Positions 50,808 through 64,000 of a stretch of DNA of 64,000 bases are shown piece by piece. Under the pieces are notes generated by a model. That model made no database searches. It saw nothing but the letters and a program-made list of their open reading frames with translations, and was not told the origin of the DNA. The stretch's first letter is position 1; the number at the start of each line of letters is the position of its first letter. A program made the position numbers and the translations under genes. The stretch lies in assembly GCF_009914755.1 (NCBI RefSeq), contig NC_060926.1. The stretch is one strand, 5' to 3'. Source of the DNA: the human T2T-CHM13v2.0 reference genome, Homo sapiens.

Positions 50808-52800
50808 TGACATGATTGTATATTTAGAAAACCCCATAGTCTCAGCCCAAAATCTCCTTAAGCTGATAGCAACTTCAGCAGTCTCAGGATACAAAATCAA
50901 TGTGCAAAAATCACAAGCATTCCTATACACCAATAACAGACAAACAGAGAGCCGAATCATGAGTGAACTCCCATTCACAACTGGCACAAAGAGAATAAAA
51001 TACCTAGGAATCCAACTTACAAGGGATGTGAAGGACCTCTTCAAGGAGAACTACAAACCATTGCTCAGCAACAAAAAAAAGAGGACACAAACAAGTGGAA
51101 GAATATTTCATGCTCATGTTATGTTAGAAAGAATCAATATCATGAAAATAGCCATACTGCCCAAAGTAATTTATAGATTCAGTGCTATCCTCACCAAGCT
51201 ACCATTGACTTTCTTCAAAGAATAGGAAAAAACTAATTTAAATTTCATATGGAACCAAAAAGGAGCCCGCATGGGCAAGACAATCCTAAGCAAAAAGAAC
51301 AAAGCTGGAGGCATCATGTTACCTGACTTCAAACTATACTACAAGGCTACAGTAACCAAAACAGTATGGTACTGGTACCAATAGTTTTGATACTGGTACC
51401 AAAACAGATATATAGACCAATGGAACAGAACAGAGGCCTCAGAAATAACACCACACATCTACAACCATCTGATCTTTGACAAACCTGACAAAAACAAGCA
51501 ATGGGAAAAGGATTTATTAAATAGGGAAAAGGATTCCCTATTTAATAAATGGTGCTGGGGAAACTAGCTAGCCATATGTAGAAAGCTGAAACTGGACCCC
51601 TTCCTTACACCTTATACAAAAATTAACTCAAGATGGATTAAAGACTTAAATGTAAGACCTAAAACCATAAAAACCTTAGAAGAAAACCGAGGCAATACCA
51701 TTCAGTTCATAGGCATGGGCAAAGACTTCATGATTAAAACACCAAAAGCAATGGCAACAAAAGCCAAAATAGACAAATGGGATCTAGTTAAACTAAAGAG
51801 CTTCTGCACAGCAAAAGAAACTATCAGCAGAGTGAACAGGCAACCTACAGAATGGGAGAAAATTTTTGCAATCTATTCATCTGACAAAGGGCTAATATCC
51901 AGAATCAACAAAGAACTTAAACAAATTTACAAGAAAAAAACAACCCCATCAAAAAGTGGGCAAAGTATATGAACAGACACTTCTCAAAAGAAGACATTTA
52001 TGCAGCCAACAGGCATATGAAAAAATGCTCATCATCACTGGTCATTAGGGAAATGCAAATCAAAACCACAATGAAATACCATCTCATGCCAGTTAGAATG
52101 GTGATCATTAAAAAGTCAGGAAGCAACAGATGCTGGAGAGGATGTGGAAAAATAGGAATGCTTTTACACTGTTGGTGGGAGTGTAAATTATTCAACCATT
52201 ATGGAAGACAGTGTGGCGATTCCTCAAGGATCTGGAACTAGAAATACCATTTGACCCAGCAATCCCATTACTGGGTATATACCCAAATGATTATAAATCA
52301 TGCTACTATAAAGACACATGCACATGTATGTTTATTGTGACACTATTGACAATAGCAAAGACTTGAAACCAACCCAAATGTCCATCAATAATAGACTGCA
52401 TAAAGAAAATGTGGCACATATACACCATGGAATATTATGCAGCCATAAAAAAGGACAAGTTCATGTCCTTTGCAAGAACATGGATGAAGCTGGAAACCAT
52501 CATTCTCAGCAAACTATCACAAGGACAGAAAACCACACACCTCATGTTCTCACTCACTGCATGTTCTCGCTCATAAGTGGGAGTTGAACAATGAGAACAC
52601 ATGGACAGAGGGAGGAGAACATCACACACTGGGGCCTGTCGGGGGTGGTGGGAGGCTGGGGGAGGGATAACATTAGGAGAAATACCTAATGTAAATGATG
52701 AGTTGATGGGTGCAGGAAACCAACATGGCACATGTACACCTATGTAACAAACCTGCACGTTGTGCGCATGTACCCCAGAACTTAAAGTGTAATAAAAAAA
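50808..52800 (+). mobile_element. 5'-truncated primate L1 (L1PA): ORF2 RT/C-terminal region and 3'UTR, disabled
   Basis: ORFs give [20 protein letters not shown]..., [22 protein letters not shown]... and [10 protein letters not shown]... with frameshifts. G-rich 3'UTR and AATAAAAAAA end. Confidence 0.96.
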
Positions 52801-53108
52801 GTCAACCTCATGAAAGACATAAATAAATAAATAAAACCTCCATCAGTGTGTGCATTGTCACCACCCATATCCTCTTAGATGCTCAGAAAATATTCATTTT
52901 ATATCTACCTTTTTTCCCCATCTATGAACGAATTACCACAATAATATGGCAGCTATTATGCCCTTTGATCCTTTTCAAAGCCTTTCAGAAGATGTGCAGT
53001 GGCCTGAGGATCTCCTGGTTCCTGCTGTCTGCACATTGACGCTGGGCTCCTGAGTGGGACATGACATGCCCTCGTTAGGAGTTAACCTTCCTTGCCGTGC
53101 TGACGTAC

Positions 53109-55842
<2,734 letters not shown>

Positions 55843-57632
55843 GATATTGCTTTTATTTTATATGTAATCATTATTTCACATTAAAAAATAGACATTAGAA
55901 AATTTTCATACTACGAATAATAATGGTCAGCTCTAGCATCATTACATTGAGATTTGAACAATATCTGGCATGAGTGGGGTGTTGACAGATGGCAGTGAGT
56001 GATTATTGCTTTCCCCAGAGTGGGAACATTTAAGTTGGAGAAGAGATTCCACCTTTAAAAGGGACATTTTATTGTAAAGCCTGTATCTTTAAATTGATAT
56101 AACTTTACTAAGATTAAGATATATTTTAACTGCTTGGCACATTTTAGTAATTGATCTTATATGGCATTTATATTATAAAATAGTATTTGTATAGCAGAAA
56201 GTAAATGTGGCTTGCACTATTCAGCACCTTTGATACTGATTTCTTTAGGTAGGGCCCTTACTCAATGCCACCAATAACCATGACATTAACGCAGATGTGG
56301 CCAATCCAGTGAAGGTCCAGACTGAAATGACACCTGGCACTGAAGGGTGTCATGTTAAAGCCATTTCTAGTTGAAGTATTAAAAATAAACAGTTCTCAAG
56401 GGACTGTTTTTGCCAAAATTAGTTGATGGCTGTTTAAAATGGTTGACAGCTCTTCTTAATGCTTGTGATTTGTCCTTATTCAAACCTTAATGAATGTTTC
56501 TAATGGTGAGTTTCATGTGCATAAAAACATAGGAAGAAGTTCCGTTCTTATTGTCAGCAGATTGCAATCACAGAGTCATAGACAAAAGTGGAAACAAATT
56601 TATAAAACTCTAAAGTTGTAGCTTTCATTGGGCCCAGCTTATTTCCTATATTAGTATAACTTGTATGTACAAGAAGGGAAAGAGCTCATTACATTTTTGG
56701 CTTTTATTTGAACCCTTATGATTAACAGATTTATGAAAAATAGTCCCATATGCAAGGGTTTAGTAATTATAATTTCCTCCTTCTTTTAAAATGCAGTCAG
56801 TTCTGAGAAACTGTTATATACAATACCATTGTCTATGCCACATGAGGCAAGAGCATTTGGACGTAAAATGAAACACAGGATTCATCATCCTGATGCTTCC
56901 CAGTGTTTGGTGCCCCTGAGAAATCCCTCCTGAGCGACTGGCTGGACCCTTTACAAAGCATTTCTCCAGAGTTGACCCTGAAGACATGCTCATAATTACT
57001 TATGTGTGTCCCTGAGAAATGTAGGTGAAATTTAAGTTGAATTGAACCTCACATGTGCTAAGGATGTTTGTTATTTAAAGAACCTGTTGTCTATTTATTT
57101 TTAAAGAAATCAGCACTTCGTAAGGAAAATCACTATTCATTATTTCTTGGGTACATCTAAATTTTTTCTTTATGTCACTGTGTAGAAATGGAGTTTCAAA
57201 AGCATTTGTGGGTGTTTCAGAATTATTTTGATTATTCTCGTACATTTTTACTTTATTTTACAGTAGTTATTTTAGTATTAATATTTAAGTTTTAATGGCT
57301 ACATAAGAACATCAGGACAAAGAGATGTTTACTGCTCTGAGATTTTACATTTCCAAGCCTCATTAATTCCAAGCAGACTTTAGCTAAACTTGACCTAGCG
57401 CTTTGGAAAAATAGGTAAAAGTGTACTGTAACTCCTTTTTGTTATTCAGGAAACACGCATTGTTATAATCCTCACCATCATCATTACTTTCTACAAAACA
57501 TTTGAGGGTCGAAGAGAGACTCCGTTCACATTACATAAGTAATCATTGTCTTTGTATATACGTTGTCCTTTCCAAAAGTGGTGGCATATATCGATCTCAT
57601 CAAATAAAAAGTCTCGAACAGATCTAAGCCAA

Positions 57633-57765
57633 TACACACACAGGCACACACACAGAAACACACATGCACAGACACATACACACATGTGCACACATAGAAA
57701 CATACATGCACAGAGACAAACACAGGCACACACGTGCACACACAAATGCACACACACGTACACAC
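57633..57765. repeat. Imperfect (CA)n microsatellite
   Basis: Directly visible. Confidence 0.9.
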
Positions 57766-58442
57766 CCTGATTTCTTTCACATTCAACATCTGACTTAGAG
57801 GCTGTTCATTTCTTGAGACGATTTCTACAATTTTAGTGTCTGTCCCTGGTGCTGGCGATGCCATTTGGGACCTTAACCCTCAAAGTCGGGTTCAGAGTCA
57901 GCTTGACACCCTTGGGAGCTTCTCTGCCCTCAACTTCCACCACACACAGATTTAGTGAATCAGAAACTAGCTTTTAGTAAGATCCCCAGGTGATTCGTGT
58001 GTACACTGAAGGTTAGCAGCACGAATTTAGATGATTTCAAATAGTGGCTGTTGATTTCTGGGTATGATAAAGATTTAGCTCCTGCACCATTCACCCCTGC
58101 ACCCTCCCAGGGCCAAATGCAATTCTTTCTTCATTCTTTGCTTCAGTGAGGTTCTCTTGGAAATTTCACAATTCACACACCTTGACCTTCATATTCATGA
58201 CAGGCAAGGTCACCTGACCTTCCACTCTGTTTACTCTCTTTTCTTCTCACATTTCTGCATCTGGATTTCCATATTCTTATTTTCAAAGTTGAAAACAATA
58301 TATTCTGTTTAAACCATGGATAAGTCTATCATACTCAGGCCATAGTTGATCTGAAAGTTGAAATGGAAAGATTTAGCAATGATTTTGGTGACAAGTAACA
58401 GGAAATTCAAAGGTGGCTTAAAGTAGACATGTATAAAGCACA

Positions 58443-59845
58443 TGTGTCTAATACACGCAGGTAGCGAGGAGGCCGGGGTGTTAATACACACAATAGTGAG
58501 CAGGCCGGGGTGTTAATACACACACAGTTGGTGAGAAAGCCGGGGTGTTAATACACCCACAGGTAATGAGGAGGCTGGGGTGTTAATACACACACAGGCA
58601 GCGAGGAGGCCGGGGTGTTAATACACACACAGGTAGTGAGGAGGTCGGGGTGTTAATACACACACAGGTAATGAGGAGGCCGGGGTGTTAATACACACAC
58701 AGGTAGCGAGGAGGCCGGGGTGTTAATACACACACAGGTAGTGAGGAGGCCGGGGCGTTAATACACACACAGGTAGCGAGGAGGCCGGCGTGTTAATACA
58801 CACACAGGCAGCGAGGAGGCCGGGGTGTTAATACACACACAGGTAGCGAGGAGGCCGGGGTGTTAATACACACACAGGTAGCGAGGAGGCCGGGGAGTTA
58901 ATACACACACAGGTAGCGAGGAGGCCGGCGTGTTAATACACACACAGGTAGTGAGGAGGCCGGGGCGTTAATACACACACAGGTAGCGAGGAGGCCGGGG
59001 TGTTAATACACACACAGGTAATGAGGAGGCCGGGGTGTTAATACACACACAGGTAGCGAGGAGGCCGGGGAGTTAATACACACACAGGTAGCGAGGAGGC
59101 CGGGGAGTTAATACACACACAGGCAGCGAGGAGGCCGGGGTGTCTAATACACACACAGGTAGCGAGGAGGCCGGGGTGTTAATACACACACAGGTAGCGA
59201 GGAGGCCGGCGTGTTAATACACACACAGGTAGTGAGGAGGCCGGCGTGTTAATACACACACAGGTAGTGAGGAGGCCGGCGTGTTAATACACACACAGGT
59301 AGTGAGGAGGCCGGCGTGTTAATACACACACAGGTAGTGAGGAGGCCGGCGTGTTAATACACACACAGGTAGCGAGGAGGCCGGCGTGTTAATACACACA
59401 CAGGTAGCGAGGAGGCCGGGGTGTTAATACACACACAGGTAGCGAGGAGGCCGGCGTGTTAATACACACACAGGTAGCGAGGAGGCCGGGGTGTCTAATA
59501 CACCCACAGGTAATGAGGAGGCTGGGGTGTTAATAAACACACAGGTAGCGAGGAGGCCGGGGAGTTAATACACACACAGGCAGCGAGGAGGCCGGGGTGT
59601 TAATACACACACAGGGAGCGAGGAGGCCGGCGTGTTAATACACACACAGGTAGCGAGGAGGCCGGGGTGTTAATACACACACAGGGAGCGAGGAGGCCGG
59701 CGTGTTAATACACACACAGGTAGTGAGGAGGCCGGCGTGTTAATACACACACAGGTAGCGAGGAGGTCGGGGTGTTAATACACACACAGGTAGCGAGGAG
59801 GCCGGCGTGTTAATACACACACAGGTAGTGAGGAGGTCGGGGTGT
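58443..59845. repeat. 35-bp minisatellite, ~40 copies (GTGTTAATACACACACAGGTAG(C/T)GAGGAGGCCGG(G/C))
   Basis: Directly visible, highly homogeneous array of ~1.4 kb. Confidence 0.98.
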
Positions 59846-60961
59846 CTGCTGCTGTTCCCATGGCCCCGCTGTGCTGCGGAACAGTCCCTCGAGGTAACAG
59901 GTTGGCTGCCTCACACTTGAGGTTTTGTTTTTCCAGCCCTCAGGTGGCGTCTTCATTATTCTTCTGTAGCTGGACCTGATCTGGCCACAGCTGGCATCCC
60001 CAGAACGTCCCTACACCGATTCTCCCGCTCAGGACTGGACATGTAGCGTGTGGCACTTCCAATCAAGGCCTCCACCAAGGCAGGTGTGACTTGCTGAAGG
60101 GCAGTTGGCTTCCCTTGAGGCTTGCAGGGCAGTGGACTGGCATAACCATGCCTGGTCCCCATGAGAGCACTTCACTTCATCTGAATTCCTGGAATGTGAG
60201 CTAAAAGCAGTAGGTGGGTGAGAGTTTTGTGAGGCGTTGAGGTCTGGCAGTAGGTGGTCTGTGGAAGAGAAGCGGTTTGTCTGCTGGCTCCTTTGTTGCC
60301 AGAATACTCAGGGGAGGGGCTGGTGATGTCATCGTCTACAGAGTGGAGGGACAGGCTATAGGGAAACAGAGCTGTTGTAACACCCAGGGGCCCCACCCAC
60401 TTCCAGACCAGAAGGGGTGAGGGAGGGAATGGCCAGGAGGGGTGATCTCCAGTGTGGAGACAGTGTGCTGGGGTGGCTCTCCAGGGAGCAGTGAGAACAG
60501 GCGGCAAGGTTTGGGGACCTGTTTAGCCCACAGGAGCGCCCCAGGGGATGTGGGCCTGACTGTGGTCACACAGCTGTTCAGCACACCTGCCTGCAGGTAG
60601 CCCTTGCCTCCTTACTCACCGAAGCCTAATTGTGAGGGTGGTCTTTGGGCAGCTGCACACACGATCTCTTATCACACAAATCAGAGCCACTTTAAAACCA
60701 TTAAGACAAAAGCTAAACCCAGGGTGTATGAAGCAGAAAAACGTTGGGACTTGAATGAATTGTGGAGCTGCTGTTTCAGTCTGCCTTGCCTAATTGTGGG
60801 CTGCTGATTTTATGCAAAAGATAATTATTGATTTGGTCAAGCCACTGCAAGTTGGTTTTCTGGTACATATTACCAAACTCAACCCTAATATACACGAATT
60901 TAACCCATCAGTGAACCCACCGACTGCTCAATCAATTCATGTGACTTAGCGCTGCTGCTGC

Positions 60962-61072
60962 AAGTATGAATCTGGGTTACTGCCTGTGAAAATGACAACT
61001 TACTCTTATCTTTTCCATGAATATGAATCTGGGTTACTGCTTATGAAAATGACAACTACTCTTACATTTTCT
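60962..61072. repeat. ~58-bp tandem duplication (2 copies)
   Basis: TATGAATCTGGGTTACTGC.T.TGAAAATGACAACT...ACTCTTA occurs twice in tandem. Confidence 0.85.
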
Positions 61073-64000
61073 GTCGTTCATCAAGGGCTGAGGCAGCTCC
61101 GCTTTACAGGCAGCAGGATTTCTTTGTGCTTGAAAGTCTTTGTGTAGGAATCTCCATTTGTTTCTCTTGTTGTCGAGTGAATTGATCTGATCCTAGAACT
61201 GCACCGGAACTAATGCCTGGGGTTGCAGGAGCTCCAGGAAGCCCCTGTCGGAACAGGGAGATGGCTCATTGGAACCAGGTCGCCAACCCTCGATGAATCT
61301 ACAACAACTCTGCTTTTCTTTTTATATTGGGTTTCTGCCTAATATTATACCTAGGAAAAAAAAAGCGTTTCACTGCTTAAAAAAATATTCACTGATTTAT
61401 TCTTATGCTCTCAGAGAAGTTAAATTACTTAAGATGGCACCTTTTACTAAGCAGCAGAATCAAGGCTTTTGTTTTTTATGCTGGCTTTTAAAGGTAACTA
61501 TGCAAACAAGATGGTAAAAAGGCCTATTTTATAAAAGGAGGAGGCTGGGACAGCTGAGTGGATAACGATGCTTTTGGGGGACCAGCCGGGTAAAGATGGA
61601 GGAGGGGCCCAGGTGGTGTTTCTGGCCTTCCAGAAAAGCTGCAGAAGGAAAGGTGAAGTCCAGAGTCCCCACAGGTGAGCCCTGAAAGCTGTGAATGGGG
61701 CTCCGGAGCTTGAGCAGCTGAGAAGCCAAGGCTGCCAAACAGGAGTAAATTCACCCCACGGTGCCCACCATCAATGGGCCGTGAAGTGCATGAGTTTGAA
61801 ATCGGCAGTCCATTGAACTGTCTTCTATGAACATAGTATTTTCTGAGTTTACTTCTTAATATAATCTATAAAATGCTTTGTTCCACTATGATCCCACCCA
61901 TTTGAGAGAGGGCAACGTGCTGTCAGGTAAGGGTCTGTGCAATGGATTGTGAAGATAAAGTGATGCACAGGTGTGCAGTGTGGGGACGCAGACACCCTTA
62001 GCTCCTTCTGTTGCTATGGTGACCACTTGTTAACTTATCCTTCCTGTTAAATGAAGCTTTAATTAGCATTAAGTTCTACTCTTTCTGCTGACCATGAGAC
62101 TTCGATCTGGGGATTTTACAGTCAGCCATTGCTCTGCTTAACGTAGCATGTCTTCCCCTCCTGAGTATTTTTTCCAGTGTATACAGTTACTTATTGTGCT
62201 GTGTCGGTGGCTGGCCTTCACAGAGATATGCCTAAGAGAACACAGCATGATATAGTATTTACTTTTGTATGTTGGTAAATAACACCAGTAACATGAAGAA
62301 TACGTTTTCACTGTAAAAGAAACACAATTTGTATTTACATTGAGTACATCAGGACTCTCCCACCCATGGTCCCTGCGCCGGTCTCAACGCTGTTCCTGAG
62401 CAGCAGAGGCAGATGCAGTTCCCCTGCGTCTTCTCCGTCTCTCTCTTCCGCTCCTGTCTTGCCATGTCCCCGACCCCAACCACGAGCACTACGTCCTGAA
62501 TCTTTTATATCTAGTTTAACAGAACAAAACTCATCTATTTTGCCCAAGCATTTCTTCTGCACATTCTAACTTATCCAGAGATCAGTATTTCTCCTTGTGA
62601 CTCAGAATTTGATTGGAAATCCATGTTGAATGAGATTGACCGTTTAATTCAAGAACACGCCTCTGATGTACACGATTTTTCTCCTCTAGAGGCTAACATG
62701 TCTCCTTAAACAGTTTCATAAAAATATCAAAATAATAAAATGAAAAGGGCATTAATTATCTCACTAATAATGGAGGTGGTGTAATTCTGTGGGTTTTACA
62801 CAGTGAATGGATTCCCTTGGAAAGGTGATGATGTCAGAGGCTTGGGGCTGAGGCACTGCTTACTTCCCAATTTCATTAAGCATTTTGTTCTCATCAGAAA
62901 TACTACCCACCTCGTAAAGGTGATGAGAGAATGGCAAGTTTTCCTTAAAGTGGATTAGAAATAGTCAATGTTAGTCTTAAGAATTGATCTGCTGTTACCT
63001 GTCAACACCGTCCACATCAGATCAAACATTAGAGCCCCAGGCCTGCGATTTAAAACCTCCACCTGAACAGGGAGTTAGATGACTCTACTTAACATCTACA
63101 TATTTTAAATTAAATAATCATGACCCCCATCCTCCAGAGTGACTTGCTTTCCTGAGTTCCCAGGACTCTGTGCCTGGACGCGTTTGTTCGGCCTCTCCAC
63201 TTACATTTATGTATTGTAATAGAAGTCTCATGGCTGTTAATGACCTGGATGTATTATAACCATAAAAGAAAGTATGCTTCCCAAAAGAGATTGTAAAAGT
63301 TATTTACATTTGTATCAAAGTTCTACCCACCCAAAGTGTTCTGCTGCCTTCAGCTCCACTGAGAGGGGGCCTGTGGTGCTGACGAACACCTTTAGCTGTG
63401 GTTTGGCAGCAAAGAGTCACAGTGATTTGTTGGCCTGATTTTTCTGCTATGCTGACATGCATGCAGCACTTGGCCAGTTGCTTTCTGTTGCCTGACATGT
63501 TTCCGACTATGAATACATATGAAATATTGGATAACTACATCCTTTTTGGGAAACCAGTGACTACAACCATCTTGAATGTATTTCAATCATATTAAGTGGT
63601 CTATGATTTCCATAAAGTAAAGAAGATTTCACTGGAGTTGAATTTCTAAGTTTACTGTACACTGTGGTGCTGGACTGTTGTTACAGAGGCTGTTAACTAT
63701 TGTTGACTTCTCTCCCAGCTCTCAGGCTTTCCCCATGCAGCGGGTAGGCTTATGACCTCCCCCACCCAGGATAGCCCCCAAGGAGGGGCCGTGAGCAGAG
63801 ACCCACCTTGTGGGAAGGGACAGGAGAAGTGTCCAGTTCCTTGACAGCAGAGAAGGGGCTGCCTCACAGCTGCCACGCGTCCCTGGGCCCTCAGGGAAGC
63901 CATTGCGTTCTTGATGCAAAGTTTAGAGGCTGACTCTGGCTTTCTTGGAGATGTTCCTGACAACTTTTACCTTTAGTTGAGTTTCATTTCTAAGTAGAGT

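Noticed and set aside
50731-52587. Active reverse transcriptase gene
   Set aside because: 5'-truncated L1 ORF2 with multiple frameshifts and stops.
57491-57864. Cys/Val- or His/Thr-rich ORFs
   Set aside because: Translations of an imperfect (CA)n/(TG)n microsatellite.
58443-59845. CRISPR-like array
   Set aside because: Head-to-tail repeats with no unique spacers, in human DNA with no cas genes. It is a minisatellite.

Overview
Human (primate) genomic DNA that I recognise as the SH3YL1-ACP1-ALKAL2 (FAM150B) locus of distal chromosome 2p, based on spliced translations reconstructed by hand. It contains: (1) the 5' part of SH3YL1 on the - strand (exons 1-3; the gene runs off the left edge), whose ATG is split A|TG by a ~10.9 kb intron; (2) the complete ACP1 gene (low-molecular-weight protein tyrosine phosphatase, 158 aa, + strand), head-to-head with SH3YL1 on a shared CpG island, with mutually exclusive 114-nt exons 3F/3S separated by 41 nt; (3) the complete ALKAL2 gene (ALK/LTK ligand, 152 aa, - strand), tail-to-tail with ACP1, with its own CpG island; (4) a repeat-rich upstream region with a 48-bp VNTR inside a MaLR LTR, a 35-bp VNTR, a 5'-truncated L1PA, a near full-length Tigger1, Alus, ERV1 solo LTRs and MER DNA-transposon fossils. 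I found no credible previously undescribed gene or system, and the long ORFs in the track are GC-island or repeat artefacts. The best leads are regulatory or splicing features: the split start codon, a GAS-bearing MER41 LTR, a motif-array VNTR upstream of ALKAL2, a NAGNAG at the ALKAL2 C-terminus, tandem Pumilio elements, an in-frame retainable ACP1 intron and templated-insertion scars. Repeat family names come from recalled consensus sequences and need RepeatMasker/Dfam confirmation.
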